NCBI RefSeq assembly: GCF_009914755.1
Contig: NC_060945.1
From: the human T2T-CHM13v2.0 reference genome, Homo sapiens
DNA: 64,000 nucleotides
Direction: 5' to 3' (one strand)
A program made the position numbers and the translations under genes. This document shows positions 27,538 through 41,952 of this stretch, piece by piece; positions within the stretch are counted from its first letter, which is position 1; each line of letters begins with the position of its first letter. The notes below the pieces were generated by a model. The model made no database searches, was not told where the DNA came from, and saw only the letters and a program-made list of their open reading frames with translations.

Positions 27538-28788
27538 TATCCGCCAACCTGTTTAAAAAAAAAAGACTTGAGAGATTAGAGGTTAAAGCACTGAATAAGA
27601 GGAGACATTTATGGGAGAGAAAAAAAATCCCTCTAACGGAAGCAGAGGCAGCACAATTTATAACACTTGTGCAACAAATTTTGCTTCACATTTTCTGGCA
27701 TCAAAGGCAAAAAGAGAAAGATCTTTGGTTACATAGTTTTCATTATCTGATGACAGCATATAAATGCACCTGAAAATGTAGCATTTTTCTTCCAAATGTA
27801 CTAGAACTGAGATTCATTGAAGTGTCCTTGCTTAGAAGACACTGGCAAAACTGAGGGCCATTCTTTGAACCATGGTTTAGGAAAAGATAGAGTTTCCACT
27901 GGCTCCTAAGGGAGCAAAGACTGTGTTGTGATTTTGAGGTCATCTGAGAGAGGCTCCAGTTATGTATGCAGAGATTTTGCTTTTTGAAAGTCTTAATGTA
28001 GAGATATCTCCTGAAAGAAGTAGCTGAAAGAAAAGTTAATTTAGCTGATTAAACACCAATTTTCTGATTGCAAGGAGAGTAAAGCAGCTGTGTTCTCCTT
28101 TGGAGAAGAGGTCTTTTAGACAGAGACAGGCTTTAATGAACTTGAATAAGTCCTGTTTTAGGCAAATCTCAGTGAAGAAGAAAAGTAAGGGTTCAACAAA
28201 GAGGTAAGTTCAGGGCTGCCATTCCTCATCACAGCAGGCAAGGTAGCCTGGATCACTGCTGCCAGGAGGGGGATGCTGCCCACAACCGCGGCCCCTTTCC
28301 TATCTGCCAAGGGTAGGAACCCAAGTCCCAGCAGGTGAAGCAGAACTGAATTGAATAATTGTCATATATAACTGCTTTATATATAATGCTGCAAGCTTTA
28401 TCCACTCCAGGCCAGAGTTGGATGGTATGAAAAAAGAAAGTGTAATTGCATAGTGGTGGCTTTCTATTGAGACACTTGGATGGATGCTAATATCAGCAAC
28501 CTGTTACCAAGATAAACAGTTAAAAAAAAAAATAAGTCCTGGAAGAGTTAACATTGCTCTCAAAATTCAGAGTTGTAAGATAACCTTTAGCCAAACTCTA
28601 CCTTGTTGATTCAGTCGAGAATCACACGTTTTCCATAAGATTGGTGGGAGGCTGTCAATGCAAGAGCCAGATTTGCATCTGTTTCCCGAACTATATCTGC
28701 CTTAGAAGATTTCACAGCAGGGACCAGTTTATCTCATATGTATTTTTAATGCTAAAAGAATTTTAAAGTTTTCTCAGTTTTTTTTTAA

Positions 28789-29007
<219 letters not shown>

Positions 29008-31242
29008 TAAGTGCTATTTAGATTAGGATATTTTCAGGGAGACTGAGGAAGATGACATGCATCGAGTACATTTTTGGGGGCTATACACCAAGGAAGATGT
29101 TTTAACATGTTACTTTATTTCATCATTGTGACAACATTCTAAAATAGGTTTGATGATTGATCTCTGTTTTATAAATGAATAAATTTCATCTCAAAGCAGA
29201 AAAGCCAAGATTGAAACCTGTGCTTCCTCCCAAGCCTGTGCTTTTCTTACTACCTTACTTTGCTATTTAGTTTATTGAATTTTCACCTCAGAAATACACA
29301 GTTAATTTTTTAAGAAAGAAATGAATGTAATGTGGGGAAGTTCTTTAATCTCTGTAACTCCATATTGAAGGAAGACACCACAAATGTAAACACTCATTAA
29401 ATATTAACTGAGGAAGTATCTACATGGTCTTCACCATCTGGAAGAATGTGGGAAAAACAAGTGAATAAGCCAAATGTTCCTGAATATCTGTACATTTGGC
29501 ATCATGTTGCTAAATGATGCATATGCTTGGTGTCATTTCTTTTTAACATTTTATTTAGTTATATTTGTTATTAAAAATACAGTTAAAAGAAAAGGTCCCC
29601 ATTTCCTTTCCCAACCCATTTAATAAGGAGTAGCAAATCTTAACACATTGGTTGGTATCTTCCCAGATATTTTAAATTCTGATTATAAATGTAGTATTCA
29701 TGCATGTGCATGTGCACACTTGTACACAGAATTATGCTTATTGTTCTGTGCTCTGCTTTTTAAGGGAATTTTGTCAACATTTTTCTGTATAGATAACTAT
29801 CTTATTTCCTTTGTGACATTGTTGGATTGCTAAGTGTCATTTACACAGAGCTCAAGATGGTATAATCTTGTAAATATTGTGAAGAAAACAATGTACTCAA
29901 AATCTCGTTCTATTTCACAGAAAACATTAAGATAAGTAAAAACAGAAAAGCATTATACATGATTTATTAAGTTTTATGTCAAAATGCACTTATGAATTGT
30001 AGTGTTGCTAAAGATGGTACTTCATTTAGTGTGTAGTTTTGGCAAGTTTTTTGACTAATATTAAGATTACATAAGTTAGGATTGTGTTTTATTACATGTA
30101 ATATATGGCGACTTTAAAATATTGGAGATTATTTTGCTCATTTTGGGAAAAACTACTCACGGCCCAGCTACTGAACATCTGTTCAGGAATATGAACTAGG
30201 GGAGTGGGTACCATAATTTATTCGTAGCTCAGAAAGGCCTATTCCAGTTCTCAGGAGAACGTCAAGGCAGGACACTTGTGTGGAGTGAACTGAGGATGGT
30301 GATCAGGCAATAGTTCACAAAAAGGAAAGCAGGCTCTTCATCAACCCATAAAAAGACAAGGTTCAAGCTGACATTAATTCCTCAGTACAAGAAAACAGGA
30401 CAATGGCAAGAGGGATCTCTGCCATGATCTTTATCTGTTGAGTCACACTATTGCCATCTGGACATGTTGCCTCTCCATGTCTAGAGTACAAATGTTGTTC
30501 TGGAATCTCCCTTTACCTTGGAAGGAAATCAAGATTTCTGTCACCTCTCTTCTATTTTGGGTTCCATGACACTGGCATCTCATATCTCCCTCTTTTGCAT
30601 TTTTTTCTTTCATTTTGGTGAAGCTTAGCTTCCACTACATTTTTTTAAAGTTTATATTAGATTGTAACATATATACAGTAGACAAAATCTTAAATGTGCA
30701 TCTTGATAAAAACTCACACATGTACACACTTGTGTAACTGCCACCCAGATTCAGATATAAAATCTGGGTTTCCTGAACCCAAAAGATTCTCTTGTGCTCC
30801 TTTTTAGTTAACATTCTTTTTCCCAACCAAGGAAACACTATTCTGACCTCTATCACTATACAGGAGTTATACTTGTTCTTAACTGTCATATAAATGGAAT
30901 CATATGGTATATATAGTTTTGTGATTGACTCCTTCGGCTCAACATTTGTGTTGTTTAACATGGAAATAGTTCACCCATTTTTATTATGTGTGCAATTATT
31001 TTGCCCATTCTATCATTGATGCACTTTTGGGCTATTTCCCAAATATTCTTATGCATGTCTTTTGGTAGAAATACCGTTCTGTTTTGCTTGACTGTATACC
31101 TTGAGGTGGAATTATTGGATCACTGGGCGTATATATATTCAGATTTATTTGATCTTGGCAAAGAGTGGGTGTACCAATTTATAGCCAAATTAGCAAAGTA
31201 CAAGAGGCTTGATTGATTCACTTTATTGAAAACACTTGATAT

Positions 31243-32924
31243 TGTCACGGGCTTCCTGGGTTGTTGCTTTGCCAGCCAGACACCTCTGCGGCTGGTGGCA
31301 CCTTTGCCCAAATTTTGCTTGAGCCCACTGGACTCATTCTGCCCACTTAGCCTGGTAGGCTGTGCTTGGCTTTCGCTATTGGCCGAGATTCCATGTCTGC
31401 CAAGGGCGAGCCAGGCACAGAGAAGTGAGTGAGTGAGTACATGAGTACATGAGTGAGTACATGAGTGAGTGAGTGAATGCAGGGTCCAGCCACTACATTC
31501 AGCTAGGCATGTGAGCTGCTGTGGGGTGGGCAGCACCAGGCGCTGGCATGGGCTCTGGTTCCCTGCTGCAGCTGGACCAGGTGTACTGCAAGAGGCTTCC
31601 ACTGCAGGCACCAGGGAACATGGTAGCACCTGGAAGCTTGGAGACAGCAGGAACCACAGAGCCCCAAATAGGGTGATATAGCCCTGGCTCAGGGACCTCC
31701 TAAGTCTGGGATCCCTGAAAGGCCTCAACTCTTCCCTTTCCTCTCCTTCTCATCACCTGTAACATGGCAAGTGAGGGGCATGTTTCAGCCCTGCTTGTGT
31801 TACAGCCTTTTCAGTCCTGCCATTTGGTGGATCCTGAGTTCTTGTCCTACATCCTGGAAGAATGAGGTACACAGACAACTGGAGGGTGAACAAGGCAAAG
31901 ATGTGCTTTATTCGAGCAACAGTACAGCTCTCAGGAGATCCAAAGTGGGTATCTCCTTTCCACAGGCAGGTTGGCCTGATGAGTGCAGCCCTCAGTGGAG
32001 AGGAGACCCAGAATGGGTAGCTCCTATCTGCGCTCAGGTTATCCTGACATCTCTCCAGCCCTCAGTGGAGAGGAGACCTGGAGTGGGTGGCTCCTATCCC
32101 TAGGCAGGTTGTTCCAACGTCTCTGCAGCCCTCAACAGAGAGGAAACCTGGACTGGGTAGCTCCTATCTGCAGGCAGGCCATCCCATTGTTTGCCTGAGT
32201 CTGGCTGAGTCCAGAGTTTTTATGGGCTTCAGAGGGGAGGAAGTGCATGTTGATTGGTTCATGGGTGGCCATGGGCACACCTGGAGAAAGCACCGTAAGT
32301 TTCCACTCTGGTCTGTGGAACCGGCAGCTTAGCCCCCAGGCTTCAGGCCATCTCTGGCGTGAAGGTGGGGTTTTAATGGGGATCTTCCTGTTTCTGCCCA
32401 GGAACCTGTCTGCCTCCTGCTACCATTCATGATGCCCAGGCTGTTTGTGCCCTCGCCAAGTTGCCCTAAGCCCCACCTCGGCCTCCTTCCCATGCTCCTC
32501 AGTGCCCAAAGTTCAGAGGAGGCCTAGGGGGCTGGGTGCTGGCATGTCAGTACCGCCCTAAGCGTGTACACGCCTGGCTGGGTCATGACAGTGCCCAGGT
32601 TTGGCCACAACTTTGCTCTGAAATCAGAGTGGGTGCCAGGAGTGGGGAGATGCCAGGCAGTGGGAGCAGGCACTTCCAAGCCTGCAGGGGCAGGGGGGCT
32701 TCCTGGGCCCCAGAAGCACAGGATGCCTAGGTCTGAAGCCGTGGTTATGTGGCTGCAGCCGTGCCCAGGTGGGCGGGCTCTCACCACACCAACTTGGGGG
32801 AGAAACTCCCACCTGTTCCCAGCTCCCACCAGCTCTGCTCGAGCACGCGGCCCCAGCCGTGCCTTTCCCCGCTGCAGCCAGCATCTTTGCAGCAGCAGCT
32901 TCATATGGGCCACTGCTGCTATCA
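31243..32924 (-). mobile_element. MER52 (MER52A-like, ERV1) solo LTR
   Basis: GC-rich 1.7-kb block with tgtcacggg...gggccactgctgctatca termini; internal 70-bp repeats at 31986, 32056 and 32126; (gagt)n at 31424-31476; source of the many overlapping ORFs. Confidence 0.85.
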
Positions 32925-33073
32925 GTAATGTTAATCTTCTGAATTTTTGCAATTTTGTTAGCTATGTAGTCGTATCTAATTGTAGCTTAAATTTTTATAT
33001 CCTTGGTGAATTGCTTATTTCTATTTCCCATTTTTAACTGGGTTGCCTACATTTTTTCTTTACTTATTTGTAG

Positions 33074-33382
<309 letters not shown>

Positions 33383-33469
33383 AGGAATTCTTTATATATT
33401 TTGAATGTGACCCCTTTATATATATTGCATGGACTGAACCTTCTTGCAATATATTTCTTGCTATATAAG

Positions 33470-33985
33470 TTATCTCTTTCCATAATATTGTCAAAAAACA
33501 GACAATAAAAAAATCCGGGAGTCACAGAGCAATAGCACTTATTTAACTTGAGATTCTCTAAGTTTCGGATGGTTTCATGCTCTCTCATGCATTTGTGGTC
33601 ATCTGTGGGAAAACAAGCTGCTCTACCGTTATTAGCTGGACTCATTGACACGTCTGGGTTGGCTGCCTATTGACTGATCTAGCATGGCTGTATCTGGTGA
33701 AACTGAAGCAGTTTGACTCTGCTCCACATGCTTCATCTTCCAGAAAGCAAGTTTCAGTATTTTCTTATAATCATGGCAGACAAACAAGAGCTGAAACAGA
33801 AATGGTCAGCTCTTTCAGCTTCCTTTAGCTGTCTGTCATATCTGTTAACATCCCATTGGCCAAAGCAAATCAGAAAGCTGATACGAAATTAAGGGTTGGA
33901 GTAAAATCTCTACCTCTGTAGTAAGAGGAATTGAAAGTTTCATGAAAAAGCATGAAAAACTGGGGACATTAATGCAATCAATCTT
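33470..33985 (-). mobile_element. MLT1G/H-like LTR
   Basis: ctctgctccacatg, aacatcccattggccaaagcaaatca, aatgcaatcaatct. Confidence 0.65.
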
Positions 33986-35073
33986 TTGTACTTGCCTTTT
34001 TACTCTATTAAATGGTGACTTTTGATGAATATAACTTTCTTATTTTATACAATATAATTTATTATTCTTTTATTAACAATATGGCTAGTCACTTTTTGCT
34101 GTTTCTTAAATATATGTCTACCCCAAGCTTATAAAAAAAACTGTCCTAGGTTTTTTAAATAGAAACTTTCTTTTTTTTTCTTTTTTCCCATTTTGGGTCT
34201 ATAAGTCACTATAAATTAATTGTTATACAGGGTGTTAAAAACCATATATATCTAATTGTTTAACACAATCACTGGAAAACTTCTCTTCTGAATAAAAAGA
34301 AAAAATAATATTTATAGTATATTATCAGATAATTGTTTATGAGTAGATCTGCTTTAGAATGCTATTCTGTTTTATGCTGTTTTTTTTGTCTGCCCTTGCA
34401 CAAATACAATACAGTCTTAATTAGTTTAATTGCATAGTAATTCTTGATATCTGATATAGAAGTCTTGATATTATCTTGGCTATTCTAAGCCTTTTACTTT
34501 TATATATAAATTTTGGAATCAACATAATTTTCACCAAAACGTGGTGATTTTGATTTTGATTTGATAGAATTTATTGATCAATTGGACAGAACTGATGTGA
34601 TTCTAATATTAAAAATCAGAATCCATAAACATGACATATATCTTGATTTATTTAGGTTCTTTAAAATTTCTTTCAGTAATATTTTAAAGTTGTCTGTCTA
34701 GTACTTTTTGTTGATTTATTGCTAAAGATTTATTTTTATGGTATTGTTAAAAGGGAATTTTAAAATTTTAAAATTTTAATTGGTTTCGGTATATAAACTA
34801 CAATTGATTTTTGTAGTTTGACTTTATATTCTGATACATTTACTTATTAATTCTAATAGTTGATTTGTATGTTTTGGATTTCCATTATGCATCATCGAGT
34901 CATCTCCAAATATTGACAATTTTACATGAAACTTTGATGTATTTATACCATTTTTCTTGACTTTTCCTACATGTTAAGAACTGCACAATGCTGAGCATAA
35001 GTGACAATAGTGGAGATTATTATCTTGTTTCTGAAGTAAGGGGAAAAGCATTCAATATTTTACTTTTAAGAAT

Positions 35074-35128
35074 CTATCCATCTATTACCTATCTATCTAT
35101 CTATCTATCTATCTATATATCTATCTAT
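35074..35128. repeat. (CTAT)n microsatellite
   Basis: Direct reading. Confidence 0.9.
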
Positions 35129-37162
35129 TATAAGCTAAGAAAATATCTTCATTTTACTAGTTTGGTAAGAGTTTTTATCTTGAATAAATGTTAAAGTTGA
35201 TCAAATAAATTTTCTGCATCTATTAGGATGGTTGCATGGTTTTGCTTCTTCATTATTTAATGCGATGAATTATATTGATGCTTTTAAAAAAGTGAAAACA
35301 TTTCAGTCCTAGAATAAACTCTACTTGGTCAGGATGTTTTATCCTTTTATATATACATGACTTCAAGGCATGAATTTTTTGATTAGAAATTCTGCTTAGA
35401 TATTTATGAAAATATTGTTCTGTAGTTTTCATTTTTTGTGTGTAAAATTTTTGTCAGGCTTTGTTATCAATGTTATGCCAGACTCACAAGACGTTTGCAA
35501 TTGTTCCATCATTCTCTGGTTTCTGAATGATTTGGTATGGGATTAGTATTGTGACTATCTTAAATTTTTGAAAAATTTTACCAGTAAAGCCATTTGGTCT
35601 TGGAGTTTTCTTTCTAGGGAGGTGCTTAATTCAGGTTCAATATGTGATTATTCATGTTTTTTGTTTTCTTGTATGCCAATTTTGGTAAGTTGTGTTTTTT
35701 AAGGAATTAATCCATTTCATGTAAGTTTTCTAGTTACTGGTGCAATGCTATTTCTAATATCCTCTGTGCACCTTTTTAATGCCTTTAGTGTCTGTAGCCA
35801 TGTTCTCTTTTTTCATTAATGATGTTGGCATTATCTTGCTCCTTTTTCATAATATATGTTTGTTAGGAATTTATTATTTTAAATTATTTTCAAAGGACCA
35901 CTATTTTTCTGTACTGAGTTTCTCTATTTTATGACTGCTTTTTGTTTCATTGATTTCTGCAGTTAATATATATTTTTTCTTTTACTTTCATTGGGATTAA
36001 CTTGTTTTTATTTTTCTAGCTTTTTTAAATAAAAGCTTAAATTTTAGTGTTTTAAAAAATATATATATTTACCTCTATAGTATTTTTTAAATCACTGTTA
36101 CAGTTACATGCATTTCACAAATTTGGCAGGTTGTATTTTATTACTATGCAGTTAAAAACATTTTCTAATTTTCATTTTGTTTTCTTCTTTGACACATGGG
36201 TTAATTATAATATGTTACATAACTTTCAATTATGTAGACATTTTTGAGTTATTTTTATGTGTTGTTTTCAAATTATCTTTATAGTTCTACTTTTGAATTA
36301 TCTTTATAACTGTTTATCTGTTTAATTCTACTTTGGTCCGATAAAATATATGGTATAATTACAATTCTTTGAAATTTGCTGGTACTTACGCTATGGTCCA
36401 ACATCTTTTTCAATTAAGTATTTGTAAAGATAATATTCTGCATGTAATTATAAAAGGATGAAATATATATGCTGAAGTTTTTTATTGACATGTTCTCTAT
36501 ATATTGATAAAAGTCATTTTGGTTAATTTTGTACTTAAAATAATCCTTCTAGGAGATGACCAGTTTTTTCCTAAAATATTATAAAATTATGATAGTAGAT
36601 TAATATAAATGTAAGCTGTTATATCTTCCTATTTAATTAACGTATTTGTTATTACAAAATGCCCTATTTGTTTTCTATAATTTTTTTCCTTCAATTCTTT
36701 GTCTCGTATCATTGTAATCTGTTTCTTTTTTTTTAATGTAGTGTTTGGGGATTTCTTTCTTCATCTTTTTTACTTTCAATTGGTCTCTATACTTATATTT
36801 AAAGTTTGTCTCTTATAAACAGCACACAGTTAATATGTTTTTATACTTAGTCTAAAAATCCTTGAGTTCAATATTTATGAACATATTTAATGTAGTTACT
36901 GAAAAACTGGCTTTAAATCAATACTCTTTTGATTGTCTTTTAGTTGTTCCACTTATTATTTCTTCTTTTGCCTTTCTTTGGATTAATCAGTTTTTAAATT
37001 TTATTCATCTTGTTAACAGCTTTGCAGTAATAAATTCCTATGTTATTATTTTAGAGATTATCCTACATATCATGATATCATCTCTGACTTTCTAGTCTTC
37101 CTGACTTTAGTACTTTCACCAGTTTCCCACCAAAGCAATAATTTTATCACAGTTTATCCATT

Positions 37163-37318
37163 TAGGTAATCTAGGAAAATCTCCCTATTTTAATGTCAAC
37201 TGATTAGCAACCTTAATTCCATCAGGATCCTTAATTATCCTTTGCTACATAATGTAATATATGCAGTTTCTAGGGATCAGGATGTGGAAAATTTTGGAGG
37301 ACCATCTATCTGTCACCT
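37163..37318 (-). mobile_element. MLT1 LTR fragment
   Basis: gtcaactgattagcaaccttaattccatc...ctagggatcaggatgtgga. Confidence 0.6.
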
Positions 37319-37635
37319 AAGAGGAAATAACTCAGAAGAGGCTGTTGAAACCAAAAAGCAATGAGATAAATTAATTGGCAAATTTAATTTCTTCTCCTTA
37401 TCCGTAATTACACAGTGGGGTAGAGCATATAATGAAAATTAGATCACTTTTAGAAAATGAAGAAGCCATGTTTCCTTTGCGCATCTGTGGTATACAGTGA
37501 ACAATTTTTTTTACTGCCCTACATGCAGATTGTGAGATACAATCTGACAACTTTCTTGTTAATCATTAATTTAATAACTACTGCTTAATATAATTCTGGA
37601 CTTAGTCTATGGCTTGAGCTTGAGTAGAGCATGTC

Positions 37636-38005
<370 letters not shown>

Positions 38006-39880
38006 TAAAAATAATTTTTATTTGCATGAAAATCATTACTCTGAGACAATGAGATAGTCCTAGATACTTGGTGGCAACTTCTCAGATGAAAGGTTTTCAT
38101 TTTTCTTTCTAAATTTCTCTGCTGTTTCTTGTATGTAGGAAAAGAAATCATAGTAATTATAGACCATCAGATTCAAGTTAAAAGTTGCTGAAACCTGTGG
38201 CTGTTTTTTTCTAATAAAATATTTCTCATTAGCTGGTTAATCTGCTTGAAGATTTTCTTTTCCTTTGGGTATTTAGATGTCATGATTTATTATGTTATCT
38301 TTATGAAGTAATTGTATCTTTAGTAAATAATCCCATTAAAAGAGTTTGGGAACTTTGCAAGAGAAGAAGCCAGTTTTAAAAATTGAGGTGCCATGTTTTC
38401 CCACAGGGATACACTGTTCACCTTTTGGAGGTCAATATAAACAAGATCAACCATAACTGTGCACTGAGAAGTGTTTTTTGGTATCAGAATGTAGACTAAT
38501 TGAACCATCAATGACACCTTTAAAATTCTTATGCCTTTCACATCCTATAAAGATGATCATTATTAAATAGTTCAAGGGTTGTGTATTTGAAATCCAAAGC
38601 ATAAACACTGAATTTTTAATCTATAAGTTTGTGGGCAAAAAGCAGTCAGATATTTAGGGCCATTCTGATGATGAGCTGCATCTTGTTCTGTCATCTGAAT
38701 GCTTGTCATTTTGTAGATGGGGGATAAACAGTGGTCTCTTCATGTTAATGAATATTTTCCATACTTATTAAAACTAAGTTTTTTTTAATAAGAATAAGTC
38801 AATGAGCAGACAGACAAGTTGCTTTTTATTATTTTTGTGTCTCTTTTCAAGTTCACTCTTCTTATAGAATGCATTGTATTATTCATAAAGTTAATGCGAT
38901 TGGCTGCTATTTCACATTCTTACAGCCAATTTGTGCAGACTTCACTCTTTTGGTGAGATCATCATGATTGTATGTCTCAGGTTGAGCTTTTGATCTTTGT
39001 AAAGAAGTTTGCTTTCCTTCATCCTGGGAACATAGATGACGTTTATATTCTCCATACAGTTATGTTATAAATGCATGTCTTTGATCTTATGGGAGGAGGT
39101 CATAAATTCCTTATCTATAGTAAAACTCAACCAATTAAAAATATCCTGACAGCAGCCGATCAGAATCGTATTTTAATTAAGGATAGCAGCATGATAGGGT
39201 GGAAATACACTAACTAGTTACTAATTTTCTTTGGATGTCCTATATAAAAGGATGGTTTAAATTTCTAAGGTCTACTTTTTGATTAACTTACCTAGTAAAG
39301 TGGTTCCAAATAAAATTTTATTGCAAAATTATTTCAAATTTGAGTAGTATATTAAAATTTCATCATTGCAATTTGTGTTTGGGATCTGAGAGGGCTAGTA
39401 AAAACTGGATAGTAGAATACCATAAGAAATGCAATATTTTTTTCGAGTATGTCTAGCAACTCAATGGCAGAGTGTTTCTAAGTAGGAAGCCTAGCTTGTC
39501 TGGTTTAATGAATTGTAGTATTTAAGAAAGGCCTCCCATATTTTTAGTGTTTGTTTACAAATACTATTTTGTGAAATGAGTCAGATATGAATCATCCACT
39601 AATCTTGTTTATGAAATTAATATATTCAGTAAAATTCTTTGAATAACAGTAGTTTCCAAACACATTCTATGTGTTAGTGGGATCTAAATCTATGTGATAT
39701 TATGACAGTTTGAACTCTGTTTTGATTTTTACTTAGCAAAATGGTGAACTCACAGTTAAGTATGACCTCTTTGATTTTCCTAAGCTTTTTTTGTTGTTGT
39801 TCAGTGTCAGTTCAAAGAATTGGGATGAGTGGGTAGAAAAGTCGCACATTCTTATGAAATAAAAAGGACAGCCACAGTTT

Positions 39881-39955
39881 TATACATATGTGTATTTACA
39901 TATATGACATATATGTATATGTGTATGTACATATGTATATATATATGTGTGTGTG
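39881..39955. repeat. (TA/TG)n low-complexity repeat
   Basis: Direct reading. Confidence 0.8.
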
Positions 39956-41579
39956 AAAGTGAGGGGGAGAGAGGAATGAGGTCTACATAATTTAATTTTA
40001 TTACTAGTACATTTTTATGGTTAATTCAAATATTTAGGCAAATTTGCCTTTAATAGGAAAATCATCAAAAAGGCAAGGCAAGTAGTTGCATAAGCTTTGC
40101 TTTTTTCTGAAATTACCTGCATTCACTTAGAGAAAAAAGGATTTTACATTATCTATCAAGCAACTAATTTACATATATGATTTCAGGTATTTCAATTTCA
40201 ATGTGTGTAGCAGTTCAGGAATAAAAATGCAGTATTTTCTTATATTATTTGTGTTTTTTATGATTGAGCCGTACGATCTTTTGGTTTAGTTAGGAATTTG
40301 GCTTCCCCATCCCTCCTATTAAAACTTGATTTTTGGAAAGTATAGATAGAAGAGCTGTGCTTTTCTTTTAAAATGCTTATAAAATTCAAAAGCAACTGGA
40401 ATACATTTTATGATACCAATTTTACATATATTTAAAAACCAGGACTACAAAATATAAATTTATAAAAAATTATAAAAAATGATTGGGATTCTTTCTCTTT
40501 GGAATGATTATATGTTATAAACATACAGCACCGTGAGTATAAATAGGTTACTGTTTCTCCTAATGTGCCTACTTTAATGATGAATTGCATTCCTGATTAC
40601 AGAATCATGAGCTATCAAAATACACCAATAAATACAGGCAAACATTGGTAAAATTCCGACTTAGAAAATAATCAAAGCTTAAAGCTTAGCATTCTGATTT
40701 GGAGCAAGAAATATGTAAATTGTGAAATAATGAGCAGCTTCTGAGCACATCCCCTTTATTTTACCTGCAAGGACCTGAGTCAGAAGTCTGCATTTCAAAA
40801 TGCTTCTTTTTTTTTACAGTGTGGATGAATGGCCACGAATAATACAAATTGGCTTTACTTTCCAAGTTTATTATACTTAAACATTTGTTGGCAGGTTAGC
40901 GACATCATTTATTATATAATGAGGTAAACCCCAAATGGAACCCCCAAACATCTTCTCTTCCTGGTCATCATAGGCTGCCATTCTTCCCCTAGAAATTAAT
41001 ACATCTGTATGCGGGATCGTGCCTTCTCATCCCCTGCTGCAGAATCCTCGGTCATAACAGCTTTTGTGTTCATGAATATGTAAATGTAACATGCATAAAA
41101 TAAAATAAAAAAGCAGACAGTTTCTACCACAGACTGCCTAACTCTGTTGAACTAATACACAAAAAGCGAAGATTTAATTTTTCAAGCATTTTGAGTCAGT
41201 GTTTCAAGGCATGACATAATTATGTAATATAAAAATACATAAATTAGGCATATGCAGATGTGCATGACAGTTAGACTCAAAATAAATCGGCATGTAGTCA
41301 TGGCTATAGTGATTCATGCAGATTCACTTACTCCTTCACTCTGATGCCTAGTAATACGGGGTAAATGCCTTAGGTATTTAATGACCTTGTATTTACTGAC
41401 TAGATTCTACTCCTATACTTCACCCCAATAAATGACTAGGAAAATGTTTAATTAATATGTATTATTTGTATATGTATGTATATATATGTATTATACACAC
41501 ACATATGCTTTTTTCTTTTGAAGGGGAAAAGCGATGGCTATCTTCCACTGAAGTATTCTGGAGGAAGCTGTGGGAAGAA

Positions 41580-41952
41580 AATTGGTGGATTTTATTATTG
41601 AAATAAGCAGGCATGTTCATGCATATTTTTACGGCATGCATGGCTATGCGCCACTCTGTGCAAACAGTGCTATTGCAGCTTGTGCGCGGTAATTAGGTTG
41701 ATGTAATTATGGTGAAATAAAGGCAGTCGCACTGATAATTTCACAGTGAATATTAAAGACATATGTGCCTTCCAGTGTACAATGAATGAACCTGAACTGC
41801 TGTCAGGGTCTAGGAGGACAGTGTGGCCAATGCACCTATTGTGTCCCTGCTGCAGAAAGGAGCCTGCCGATTGGCCACTGTCTGCAGCACATAGCACTGG
41901 CTGGTTATAAAGGACTTGTCTAGGGGAGAGCCTGTAGGTACTCCATTGTCTG
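41580..41952 (+). promoter_or_regulatory. Candidate promoter/enhancer: CCAAT boxes, TATA box, homeodomain/SOX/POU motifs
   Basis: CCAAT 41827-41831, ATTGG 41870-41874, TATAAAG 41906-41912, TAATTA at 41690 and 41704, ACAATG at 41779, CATTGTC at 41944; unique sequence with retained CpGs. Confidence 0.6.

Noticed and set aside
31120-33037. Cluster of overlapping 60-200-aa ORFs
   Set aside because: All overlap the GC-rich MER52 LTR, where stops are rare; no recognisable domains
40803-40925. Possible upstream exon (T-tract-ACAG acceptor at 40819, GAG|GTAAAC donor near 40924)
   Set aside because: Such matches are common in AT-rich DNA and there is no supporting context
41609-41618. p53 response element (AGGCATGTTC)
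   Set aside because: Only one good half-site; no adjacent second decamer
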